64,000 nucleotides of DNA from Thermodesulfobacteriota bacterium (GTDB lineage Bacteria; Desulfobacterota_D; UBA1144; Nemesobacterales; UBA2774), in NCBI GenBank assembly GCA_965216785.1, contig OZ244197.1, positions 2,784,001 to 2,848,000 on the forward strand, in the 5' to 3' direction. Made by a program: the position numbers and the translations under genes. The notes below the pieces were generated by a model. That model was not told where the DNA came from. It made no database searches and saw only the letters and a list, made by a program, of their open reading frames with translations. Shown here piece after piece: positions 1 through 9,013 of this stretch. Position 1 is the stretch's first letter. Each line of letters begins with the position of its first letter.

Positions 1-217
1 TCCAGCAGTCTATCTGCTCGCTATCGTTGGTTAATACGAGGTTATAACCATTGTCCTTACCCCATAACATCTGGTTCTTTAAGAGCTCATGATCCTTCTG
101 CTCTTCGTCATCCAGAAAATCAAGCGGCTTATGAAGTGTGTCTTTTTCGATCTGACCGATGTAGATGCTTCTTGAATAGGAGCTTCCGTGATTGTCTAAA
201 TTCTCTTTATTTAACAT
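1..217 (-). CDS. Hypothetical protein, N-terminal part; runs off the window edge
   Basis: ATG at 217 after a GGGGTG RBS-like sequence; reading frame open to position 1 (MLNKENLDNHGSSYSRSIYIGQIEKD...LWGKDNGYNLVLTNDSEQIDCW). Confidence 0.6.
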   Translation of the reverse strand, partial: MLNKENLDNHGSSYSRSIYIGQIEKDTLHKPLDFLDDEEQKDHELLKNQMLWGKDNGYNLVLTNDSEQIDCW

Positions 218-350
218 ATTTCACCCCAAAACTGGAAATCACTAAAATTTTTGCTGCACAGATACTATAAGTATGAATCCTCTCATTTCAAGAGGGGATT
301 TTAAAATTCTCCCGAAATTATTGCAATTTATTGATATTCTTCACAAGACC

Positions 351-677
351 CTAACAAGGCTCGCTTTTCTGACAGGACGCGACGCAGTTATCTTCCAGCT
401 TAGGTCTACAGCACTGGGCCTGGGTATCTATGTTCAGACAGCAGCACTCGTCTTTGGTGCAGGTCTCGCTGCCGCATTTATTGTTGGCAGTGAGTATTGC
501 GGCATCTGACGTGAGATCCAGGTATGGGTAGTCCGCCTGAGTGGCCTCAAAATCGATGAACTTAAGGTCAAGCGGCTGTGTGGAAATAGCTGTTTCGTTA
601 TTTACGTAGACGAATCCGCCTACTAAGAAAAGTATTAGAGCTGTGTTTAGTAGAAGCAATTTAACCATGTTTGACAT
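351..677 (-). CDS. Secreted or membrane-anchored small protein with Cys-rich C-terminus
   Basis: GGAGG RBS; N-terminal hydrophobic segment; 10 Cys in the last 41 residues. Confidence 0.7.
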   Translation of the reverse strand: MSNMVKLLLLNTALILFLVGGFVYVNNETAISTQPLDLKFIDFEATQADYPYLDLTSDAAILTANNKCGSETCTKDECCCLNIDTQAQCCRPKLEDNCVASCQKSEPC

Positions 678-914
678 TTTTTATTCCTCCAATAAGGAGT
701 ATAAGGTTTAAATGGGTGTAGTCAATGTGATTTTATAGGGATTTTGATTGGTGTGGCAGGAGATAGTTAAAATTTCACATCAAGCTATTTGGTATAATAT
801 TACGGATAAAATATTGTAGTCGGGTGCGCAGGCAGCGGCCCAAATCCCTAAAACTATATATGTCTTTTCAGAAAGCTAATATTATTAGAGTCAGAACCAA
901 GACCAGGACCGGAA

Positions 915-1988
915 ATGGCCGAGCTAGATAATGTGAGTGTAGACGCGGTTGTTGTAGGCGCTGGAATCGGAGGTTTGACTGCCGCTCGCAATCTATGCGC
1001 TCAAGGACTTTCCGTGGCGGTTCTGGAAGCCCGGGACCGGGTCGGGGGCAGACTACTATCAATTTCCGAAAGCGGTGTACTGCTGGACCTGGGAGCCACA
1101 TGGTTCTGGCCGAACGAGCCGCGGATCACAGAGCTCATTAATGATCTTGGCTTGGCAACCTTCCCACAGTACATTTCCGGAGACGCGATGTATGAAACCC
1201 CCGAGGGTGTGCAGCGGCTCGCGGGAAACCCGATCGATGTCCCATCGGGCAGATTTTTAAACGGGGCTCAGGAATTGGCGCAGGTCATAGCCAAAGGACT
1301 GCCGAGCGGGGTTGTCAGGTTTAATCAGCCAGTATTTAAAATCGTAGCGACAAGAGATGGGATACAGGCACACACTCCAAGCGGCATCTATTCTGCTGGT
1401 AATCTCATTCTAGCGGTTCCTCCTGCTCTTGCTGTTTCTTCTATCGAATTTAATCCGGCACTACCGGTAAAACTTTTTGAATTAGCCAAAATTACACCTG
1501 TATGGATGGGGGCTATTACCAAGGTAGTGGCCCAATACTCTGAGCCGTTTTGGCGCAGAGACGGACTCTCGGGATCGGCAATCAGCCATGTTGGCCCTAT
1601 GCGGGAGATCCATGACATGAGCGGACCGGAATGTGACCCGGCAGTACTGTTCGGCTTTGCAACTAGCATGGCAATTGGCGAGCCAACAGTAACTGCTGAG
1701 AAGGTACTAGATCAAATGACCGCACTCTTTGGCCCCAAGGCTTCCAAGCCAGAGCAGCTGCGTATAAGTGACTGGCGGCAGAAACGTTTCACCTCTCCAC
1801 CCGGTGTAGAGCGTCTTAATTCCTATGAACTGTTCGGCCATTCCCTCTACGCTACGCCGACACTTGGCGGGCGTCTCCATTGGGCATCGACGGAGACTGC
1901 AACAGAGAATCCCGGACATATAGAAGGGGCGCTTTCCGCAGCGGATAGAGCAGCAAACGCTGTTATCAAAGAGATAGAAACCCTATGA
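915..1988 (+). CDS. Flavin monoamine oxidase family FAD-dependent oxidoreductase
   Basis: VVVGAGIGGLTAA Rossmann motif, EARDRVGGR, DLGATW, C-terminal GHIEGAL. Confidence 0.9.
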   Translation: MAELDNVSVDAVVVGAGIGGLTAARNLCAQGLSVAVLEARDRVGGRLLSISESGVLLDLGATWFWPNEPRITELINDLGLATFPQYISGDAMYETPEGVQRLAGNPIDVPSGRFLNGAQELAQVIAKGLPSGVVRFNQPVFKIVATRDGIQAHTPSGIYSAGNLILAVPPALAVSSIEFNPALPVKLFELAKITPVWMGAITKVVAQYSEPFWRRDGLSGSAISHVGPMREIHDMSGPECDPAVLFGFATSMAIGEPTVTAEKVLDQMTALFGPKASKPEQLRISDWRQKRFTSPPGVERLNSYELFGHSLYATPTLGGRLHWASTETATENPGHIEGALSAADRAANAVIKEIETL

Positions 1989-2055
1989 GTACAAATAGTT
2001 CAAGTTAAGTTAGCATATGCGAGGAGTGCCAGCCGCTATTAATGTCGTAAACATT

Positions 2056-2265
2056 CACTCTTCGAGAACCTCAGAGTGAGCGGGTTTATATCCGAGATTC
2101 TGAAACAAGTTCAGAATGACAAGTGAATCACCCCCATCCTGACTATTTTGGTTTCGGCAATTATGTGCCCGGTCTTTAGTTACTTGTGAGGCTTTGCTTA
2201 AAGGAGATCTGTTCCTCGCTCGCTCGAAACAGTCCCCCATCAATGGGGAAGGAATCTAGCCTTGA
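2056..2265. repeat. Cluster of short REP-like palindromes
   Basis: Hairpins CACTCTTCGAGAACCTCAGAGTG (2056-2078), ATTCTGAAACAAGTTCAGAAT (2097-2117) and CCCCATCAATGGGG; a related copy lies at 45519-45541. Confidence 0.55.
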
Positions 2266-2346
2266 CTAGCCGTAGCCTTAAGGTAGCTTAACGGCAGTTA
2301 TTTTGATGTTATTTCAATCGCTTAAACTGAAGGAATTACTAATAAT

Positions 2347-3447
2347 ATGGGACTTAAATGCGGAATTGTAGGGCTTCCCAATGTGGGGAAGTCAACGCTG
2401 TTTAACGCGCTCACCAACGCGGGCGCTGAAGTGGGAAATTTCCCCTTTTGCACTGTTGAGGACAACGTGGGTGTAATACCTATCGCGGACGACAGGCTGC
2501 ATAAGATAGCGGAGCTGGTGCAGCCAAAGAAGATTACACCGACTTTTCTTGAAGTGGTCGATATAGCGGGGCTCGTGAAAGGGGCGTCTGAGGGTAAGGG
2601 GCGTGGGAACGCGTTTCTCGCGAGCATAAGGGAAGTGGACCTGATCCTGCACACTGTCAGGTGTTTTACAGATGAGAACGTCTCCCACGTGGAGGGCTCA
2701 AACGACGCTCTAAGGGATATTCATATAATAGAGGATGAACTGCTGCTAAAAGACCTTGAGACAATAGAGAGGCGGGAGGAGAGACTCACTTCACAAGCGA
2801 AGAGCGGTGACAAAGCCACAAAAGATAAGCTTCAGATTGTAACAAGTTTACGAGAGTTCGTGGAAGAGGGAAATAAGGTCCGGAACTTCCCACTTGACGA
2901 TCAGTCGCGAGAAGTAGTAAGGGAGATGTATCTTCTTACCGGCATACAGGTGATGTACGTATGTAATGTGTCAGAAGAGGATATCCCTGACGCTGAGGGT
3001 AACGAAGAGGTCCAGAAAGTTAAGGAGTACGCCGCTAAAGAAGGCTCGGAAGTGATAGTTCTTTCCGCGAAAATAGAGGCCGAGATCGCGGAGCTCCCAT
3101 ATGCGGAGAAGAGGATGTTCCTCGAGGACCTGGGGCTCGAGAGCTCGGGAATGGACAGGCTGATAAAGGCCGCATATGTTAAACTCGGTCTTATTACATT
3201 TTTCACTCAGGGGCCAACAGAAGTAAGAGCCTGGACTGTGAGGAAAGACTCCAAAGCCCCACAGGCAGCCGGGATTATACACTCTGATTTTGAGAGGGGG
3301 TTTATTAGGGCGGAGACAGCGAGTTTTGAGGACTTTGTCGAAGCAGGCTCTGAAGCAGCGCTAAAAGACGTTGGGAAGATGCGCTCGGAAGGTAAAGATT
3401 ACACAGTGAAAGACGGTGATATAATACTCTTCAGGTTCAATGTATAA
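2347..3447 (+). CDS. ychF: Redox-regulated ribosome-binding ATPase YchF
   Basis: GIVGLPNVGKSTLFNALT, NFPFCT, DIAGLVKGASEGKGRGN, C-terminal EGKDYTVKDGDIILFRFNV. Confidence 0.97.
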   Translation: MGLKCGIVGLPNVGKSTLFNALTNAGAEVGNFPFCTVEDNVGVIPIADDRLHKIAELVQPKKITPTFLEVVDIAGLVKGASEGKGRGNAFLASIREVDLILHTVRCFTDENVSHVEGSNDALRDIHIIEDELLLKDLETIERREERLTSQAKSGDKATKDKLQIVTSLREFVEEGNKVRNFPLDDQSREVVREMYLLTGIQVMYVCNVSEEDIPDAEGNEEVQKVKEYAAKEGSEVIVLSAKIEAEIAELPYAEKRMFLEDLGLESSGMDRLIKAAYVKLGLITFFTQGPTEVRAWTVRKDSKAPQAAGIIHSDFERGFIRAETASFEDFVEAGSEAALKDVGKMRSEGKDYTVKDGDIILFRFNV

Positions 3448-4543
3448 AGAGATAATAAGACCCATACTGAATAAGTTTGATTCCGAAACGTTTCACGGGC
3501 TTGCTCGTGAATCACTCCATTTTGCCGAAATATCGCAACTTACCCTAAAACTGGTAGAGCTTTTCGCCGACAAGCATAAGAGGTTTGCCGACCCGAGGCT
3601 TCGTACCCATGTAGGCGGGGTAGAGTTTGAGAACCCGCTTATCGTTGGAGCCGGCTGGGACAAAGCGGGTCGCGCCGTAGCGGGGCTATGGCATTTGGGA
3701 TTTGCCGGAGTGGAGGTGGGCTCTGTCCTTGAGCACCCTCAGCCCGGGAACCCGAAACCGCGCCTATATATGGTGTCAGACGGGACCGCTATAAACTGGC
3801 TTGGTTTTAACAGTCCCGGGGTGGATGTTGTTAAGCGCAATCTATCAAAATATAAAGACCACCCGGCGAGGATCGGTATCAGCATAGGAATGAATAGAGA
3901 TGTCCCCCATGATGATTCGCCAAGGGCGCATGCGGTAATCGTGGAAGAGCTTTGCGATGAAGCGGATTACTTCGCGATAAACATTAGCTCGCCTAACACC
4001 CCCGGATTGAGAAAGCTTCAGGAAAAGGGACGCACCATAGATATTGTGCATGCGGTAAAAGAGGCAATGGAAAGGAGCGGACACATAAGGCCCGTATTTA
4101 TTAAAATCGCGCCCGATCTGACCTATGAAGCTGTGGATGATATCATCGGCGTTGCTCTCGAGCACTCTATTGCAGGTATTATAGCCTCTAACACCACAAT
4201 CAATACTGATATTAAAGCAAAATACGGGAATAAATGGCGAAACTCCCAAGGGGGACTCAGCGGGGATGATGTGGATTATAGAAAAATGACTACGGAGATG
4301 ATCGCGCATATCTACCGACAGGCAGGTGATAGGCTTGATATTATAGGAGTCGGCGGAGTTCACGACGCGGAGAGCGCTCTTGAGAAGATAATGGCGGGTG
4401 CAAAAGCGCTCCAGCTGGTTACCGCAATAAGGGGAGAAGGCTCGGCAGTAGCGGGGAAGATAAACCGCGGGATTGTAGAGTTTTTGGAGAAGGAAAAAAT
4501 AGACAATATACAAGAATTAATAGGTATTAGCTCTAATACTTAA
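3440..4543 (+). CDS. pyrD: Quinone-dependent dihydroorotate dehydrogenase (class 2)
   Basis: GAGWDK, QPGNPKPRL, INWLGFNS, NISSPNTPGLR, KIAPDL, GGLSG, IIGVGG. Confidence 0.93.
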   Translation: MYKEIIRPILNKFDSETFHGLARESLHFAEISQLTLKLVELFADKHKRFADPRLRTHVGGVEFENPLIVGAGWDKAGRAVAGLWHLGFAGVEVGSVLEHPQPGNPKPRLYMVSDGTAINWLGFNSPGVDVVKRNLSKYKDHPARIGISIGMNRDVPHDDSPRAHAVIVEELCDEADYFAINISSPNTPGLRKLQEKGRTIDIVHAVKEAMERSGHIRPVFIKIAPDLTYEAVDDIIGVALEHSIAGIIASNTTINTDIKAKYGNKWRNSQGGLSGDDVDYRKMTTEMIAHIYRQAGDRLDIIGVGGVHDAESALEKIMAGAKALQLVTAIRGEGSAVAGKINRGIVEFLEKEKIDNIQELIGISSNT

Positions 4544-4572
4544 AGTACCTACTTAAACCATCCAAACTTACA

Positions 4573-5277
4573 TTACAACGTCAGCTCTTCAATGAATTTC
4601 CCTGATTTTAGCTCTTTTTCGGTATGATACTCGGTGAACCTGGTGAAGAGCTTTATATATTTGAGCACCTGAGAGAGGTAAACATCCATAGAACCCCTGT
4701 CTTCCAAAAATTCCCTTGAGATTAGGGAGCTATTTTTTTGGGTGCTGCAATTTGCGCAAACCGCCCCTCCCCTCTTAACGCTGAAGTATGATTCCCCGGG
4801 AATGTCGGCCCCGCAGTCAACGCAGCTTGCGAGGCTGGGCTCGTACCCGGAGAGTGAAAGCGCGTCCAGCTGATAACATAGCACTAGAGGTAAGACGCTT
4901 TTTTTTGAATCGAGCTCGCCAAGGGTATTTATTAACAGAGAGAAAAGCTCTTCGTTAGGAGTTTCCTGGGGCAGTACGGCGTCTGTGTACTCGAGCAGAT
5001 AACTCCCCCATGTAAAGAGGTCCAAATCTTCCATGAAGGCTCTGTAAGCCTGGACGGCCTCGACATCATCGATGAGCTTCATTCCGCCCCTGCCTTCTTT
5101 AAAGCTCACGTTTAAATGCACGAAGGGCTCTAAGCGTCCACCAAAGCGTTTCACGCTGTTTTTAGCGCTCCTGGCAAGCCCCGGCACCTTTCCCAAGTCT
5201 TTTGTAAACAGAGATAGGATTAGATCGGCGTCTCTGTAGGGCATCTTTCTGAGAAGTAAGGCTTCAGTCATTGCCAT
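4573..5277 (-). CDS. recO: DNA repair protein RecO
   Basis: N-terminal OB-fold pattern (LLRKMPYRDADLILSLFT..GK, KRFGGRLEPF); CVDC...CANC zinc finger. Confidence 0.92.
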   Translation of the reverse strand: MAMTEALLLRKMPYRDADLILSLFTKDLGKVPGLARSAKNSVKRFGGRLEPFVHLNVSFKEGRGGMKLIDDVEAVQAYRAFMEDLDLFTWGSYLLEYTDAVLPQETPNEELFSLLINTLGELDSKKSVLPLVLCYQLDALSLSGYEPSLASCVDCGADIPGESYFSVKRGGAVCANCSTQKNSSLISREFLEDRGSMDVYLSQVLKYIKLFTRFTEYHTEKELKSGKFIEELTL

Positions 5278-5344
5278 AGTGATAGTATTACCGGGAATTA
5301 GAATTTATCTATAGATTACGGGTATTTGGTATGAGTCCCTACTA

Positions 5345-5830
5345 CTACTTCTTCTTCAAGGTTTCCTTAATGAACGATCTCAGAAGCAGCATTTGATCAT
5401 ATGCCAGTTTCTGGCCGGTTAGCGCTATAGCATAGGCGCCTGCAATCAACACGACGGAAAGTGGGACGAGCCAAAACCCATATGCGCTCATTCCCAGAGT
5501 TAGCTGAGAAAAGCCCCAAACCACACCTGCGACGCCTATCAGAATCGCAAAGCCGTAGAAGGTGGCGAACATAGTCCAGATGGAGGAGTGCGGGCCGAGG
5601 AGGCATCTTATTTCTGTCCCCTCTTCCTTCTTTTCTATATCGAGGCTGAGCTCGGGCGACCAGAAGTGACGGTCTTCTTCGGGAACGGATATGACAACCA
5701 GGGGTTTTACAAATTTTCCTTTAATGCGGGCATCCGGTTTGTCTATAGCCGCTCTGAGCTTGTTTAAGACTGTTTCCTTATCCAGAGGAACTGTAAAATT
5801 ATAACGTGGGCGTATGCGTATTCTTTCCAT
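5345..5830 (-). CDS. Hypothetical membrane protein (two C-terminal TM helices)
   Basis: ORF from ATG at 5830 (MERIRIRPRY); HFWSPEL motif; two hydrophobic segments. Confidence 0.7.
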   Translation of the reverse strand: MERIRIRPRYNFTVPLDKETVLNKLRAAIDKPDARIKGKFVKPLVVISVPEEDRHFWSPELSLDIEKKEEGTEIRCLLGPHSSIWTMFATFYGFAILIGVAGVVWGFSQLTLGMSAYGFWLVPLSVVLIAGAYAIALTGQKLAYDQMLLLRSFIKETLKKK

Positions 5831-6037
5831 GAAGACATAATATATCGAAAAAATGAATCTATTGCACATTTTTTGCCGATTTGCTCTTACAAACCCTTAG
5901 AAAATGGAATATGTGCCGTAGAGATTAGCAGTGAGCGGGCGGTGGTTTTAATCCTCTCAAACGAGCTTTATTCGGACAACCACCCCTGTGTTACCGAATG
6001 TACGGGGTCTAGTGTGATGGAAGAACAAGGCTTGGCG

Positions 6038-7390
6038 CTATAAAATCAGCATAGCTATAAAGAGATAGAATACTGAGCCGAAGATGTCGTTGAACATTGT
6101 GAGGAAGGGACCTGAGGCGGCTGCGGGATCAAAGTCGAGCCTGTAGAGAGCAAGCGGCGCGGCGACACCTATGAATGAAGTAGCCATTGTGGCTGAAACC
6201 ATGGCTATGAACACAGCAATCGAGAGGCGAAAAACCTCGGGCTGCTGGTAGCTGATCATGGCGCCTATTACGGCTGCGATGAGTCCGCATATGACACCTA
6301 AAGCAAGCCCTACTCTAATCTCAGAGAAAACAATTCTGCCGACCTGCTTGACATTGATCGAGCCCATGCCGAGGCTCCTTATTACGATAGTCGTTGTTTG
6401 GAGCCCCACGTTTCCGCCTGTGGCCATTATTGCGGGCATGAACGCGGCGAGTATAGCTACTTTTTCAAGCGTCGGCTGAAACGCGTATACAATTATAAAT
6501 GCGATAAAGAGCTCTCCGATGAGAGTGAGCAGGAGCCACGGTGTCCTGAGCTTTATTCTGGTAAATGTAGGCGTGTAAATCGGGTGTAGGCTGTCTCCCA
6601 CACCGGCCATCTGCAAAAGGTCTTCGGAGGCCTCTTCTGATATAACGTCGAGCACGTCGTCTGCTGTGATTCTGCCGATGAGGACTCCCCTGGTGTCGAT
6701 TACGGGGAGAGTGACTATGTCGTATTTCTGGAATATTTTCGCTACCTCTTCCTGGTCTACATAAGGGGTGACGGTGACTTCGACAGGCTCCATCAGGTTT
6801 TCGACCTTGGCCCTGGGGCTTGCGAGAATGAGCTTACTCAGCGATATCTGCCCAAGAAGCTTATCATTCTCGTCCGTTACGAAAATGGAGTGAAAATCCT
6901 CTACTTCCTCTGCTATGAGCCTGATCCAATTGGTAGTGTCCCTGACCGTAAAGCTTTTATTGACCTTAACGAGCTCTGCCTGCATGAGGCCGCCTGCGGA
7001 GTCCTCTGGGTACTTTAGGAGAGGCGCAACGTCTTTTGCTTCCTCGGGGTCCATCTTGGAGAGCACTGTGCTGGCAGTCTGCTCGGGGAGCTCTCCTATG
7101 AGGTCCGCGGCATCGTCCGAGTCCATCTCCTCTGCGATGTCGGCTATCTTTTCTTCATCGAAATCCTCGAGTATGTCCTCACGCTGCTCGGGGTCGAGCT
7201 CGAGTATGACCTCTGAGGCAGTTTCATTATCCAGGGCATCGAGTATCTTTGTATGCTCTTCGGGGTCGAAGGACTGGATTATTCCGGCAATTTCGGAAGG
7301 GTGAATGGAGGACAGAGCTTCCCTGATCCCCTCTATATTTCCCTCAAGTAAATACTCGGATATTCTGGTTACGATCTCGGGTCTAGTCAT
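6038..7390 (-). CDS. mgtE: Magnesium transporter MgtE
   Basis: Acidic N-domain, YPEDSAGGLM, CBS pair, ATGGNVGLQ, DPAAASGPFLTMFND. Confidence 0.95.
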   Translation of the reverse strand: MTRPEIVTRISEYLLEGNIEGIREALSSIHPSEIAGIIQSFDPEEHTKILDALDNETASEVILELDPEQREDILEDFDEEKIADIAEEMDSDDAADLIGELPEQTASTVLSKMDPEEAKDVAPLLKYPEDSAGGLMQAELVKVNKSFTVRDTTNWIRLIAEEVEDFHSIFVTDENDKLLGQISLSKLILASPRAKVENLMEPVEVTVTPYVDQEEVAKIFQKYDIVTLPVIDTRGVLIGRITADDVLDVISEEASEDLLQMAGVGDSLHPIYTPTFTRIKLRTPWLLLTLIGELFIAFIIVYAFQPTLEKVAILAAFMPAIMATGGNVGLQTTTIVIRSLGMGSINVKQVGRIVFSEIRVGLALGVICGLIAAVIGAMISYQQPEVFRLSIAVFIAMVSATMATSFIGVAAPLALYRLDFDPAAASGPFLTMFNDIFGSVFYLFIAMLIL

Positions 7391-7493
7391 TAGGCGCTCC
7401 GCCCGGAATGGATTAGTTGGTTATTGTATAGAATGACAAATAAAAGTAAAGTAGACTGATAAGCCGGCTTAAGCTGCCCCGTGAGAGCTAACA

Positions 7494-8330
7494 ATGCTAA
7501 GAGACTACGCAAATTTCATAAAATTCGAGCATACGCTATTTTCTCTGCCGCTTATTTTCGCAGGCTCGTTCCTTGCTGCCAGTGGACTGCCCCGCACCGG
7601 GACCCTAATACTGATAATTCTTGCCGGGACGGGCGCCAGGACCGCGGCGCTTGCCATAAACAGGATTATAGACAGAAGAATCGACGCGCTGAACCCAAGA
7701 ACCAGCGAAAGAGAGCTACCTGCGGGAAGGATCGGCCTGGGGAATGCTTACCTGGTAACAGCACTTGGGTTGATACTCTATTTTACGGCGGCCTATTTCA
7801 TATGTGATCTGGTATTATTTCTATCCCCGATTCCGCTTGTAGTATTCATTATTTACCCGTTCTTAAAGCGCTTCACGTACTTATGTCATTTCGGGGTCGG
7901 GCTCGCGCTCGCGCTTGCTCCACTGGGGGGCTTCGTTGCCGTAACATGCTATTTCGAGGACATATTCCCCGCCGTAGTGCTCTCCTGCTTTACGCTATTC
8001 TGGGTCTCCGGATTTGATATTATTTACGCTACGCTCGATGAAGAGTTCGATAAACGTGAGGGGGTATATTCCATGGTGTCGAGCTTTGGTAAGGACACCG
8101 CCCTTCGGGTATCCAGCATACTGCATCTGGCCGCGTACTTTGCCGCCGCGTTTTTGTACTTTTATTTATATAAGACAATATTTGCAGGGATATTGCTTAT
8201 AGTTATCGGTTTTCTGCTTTTTCTGGAGCATAAAAAGTCAGAGGACGTGGACTTCGCTTTTTTCAGAATCAACATCCTAATAGGGTTCGCTATCTTCCTT
8301 TTCGTGCTCGCTGGGCTATACTTACCATAG
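7494..8330 (+). CDS. ubiA: UbiA-family polyprenyltransferase (MqnP-like, futalosine pathway)
   Basis: IKFEHTLFSLP, NRIIDRRIDALNPRTSERELP, GFDIIYA; clustered with ubiX, ubiD and mqnE. Confidence 0.9.
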   Translation: MLRDYANFIKFEHTLFSLPLIFAGSFLAASGLPRTGTLILIILAGTGARTAALAINRIIDRRIDALNPRTSERELPAGRIGLGNAYLVTALGLILYFTAAYFICDLVLFLSPIPLVVFIIYPFLKRFTYLCHFGVGLALALAPLGGFVAVTCYFEDIFPAVVLSCFTLFWVSGFDIIYATLDEEFDKREGVYSMVSSFGKDTALRVSSILHLAAYFAAAFLYFYLYKTIFAGILLIVIGFLLFLEHKKSEDVDFAFFRINILIGFAIFLFVLAGLYLP

Positions 8331-8332
8331 TT

Positions 8333-8884
8333 ATGAGAACAATAGTCGGGTTTACAGGAGCTTCGGGAGTCGCGTACGGCGTGGATTTTCTGCGCAGGTG
8401 CCCGGACGATAAATTCCTTGTGGCGAGCAAGTGGGGAAAGAGAGTGCTGCATGAAGAGCTTGGGCTCAAGACCGAGGAGCTAAAGCCCTGGGTGAATGAA
8501 ATCTACAGCGATTCTGACCTTGCGGCGCCGTTTTCCTCGGGAAGCAACCATTTTGACGCGCTTGTAATCATCCCTTGCTCTATTTCCACTCTGGCAAAGA
8601 TAGCAAACGGTATAGCGGACACTCTGATTACGCGAATCGCGCAGGTGGCCCTAAAAGAAAGAAGAAAGCTTATTATCGCTTTAAGAGAAACACCTCTTAG
8701 CTCGATCGCGCTAGAGAACGCTCTAAAGCTCTCTCGCGAGGGTGCTGTGATAATGCCGATAAGCCCTCCTCATTATATGAACGCCGAGAGCGTATCGAGC
8801 CTTGTCGAGGGATATGTGGATAAGGTGCTTAATATGGTCGGAGTCGAGACTGGTAATGGATGGCGGCATGAAGAGCTTGAGTGA
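8333..8884 (+). CDS. ubiX: Flavin prenyltransferase UbiX
   Basis: TGASG, APFSSGS, PCSISTLAKIANG, LKERRKL, RETPL. Confidence 0.93.
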   Translation: MRTIVGFTGASGVAYGVDFLRRCPDDKFLVASKWGKRVLHEELGLKTEELKPWVNEIYSDSDLAAPFSSGSNHFDALVIIPCSISTLAKIANGIADTLITRIAQVALKERRKLIIALRETPLSSIALENALKLSREGAVIMPISPPHYMNAESVSSLVEGYVDKVLNMVGVETGNGWRHEELE

Positions 8885-9013
8885 GCTGTAAAAGTATTTT
8901 AGGTGTCATAATTTTAAAGTATTAACCTGTATTATTTCCAACATCATATATACTAAACCGGAGTTTCAAATAATTTATATAAAGCTCTTCTGAAAAAGAG
9001 CGCTTACGAGTAA

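Noticed and set aside
3845-4513. Long antisense ORFs (e.g. 3845-4513, 23830-24471, 28152-28739, 45870-46427)
   Set aside because: They are shadows of well-supported genes on the opposite strand and have no motifs.
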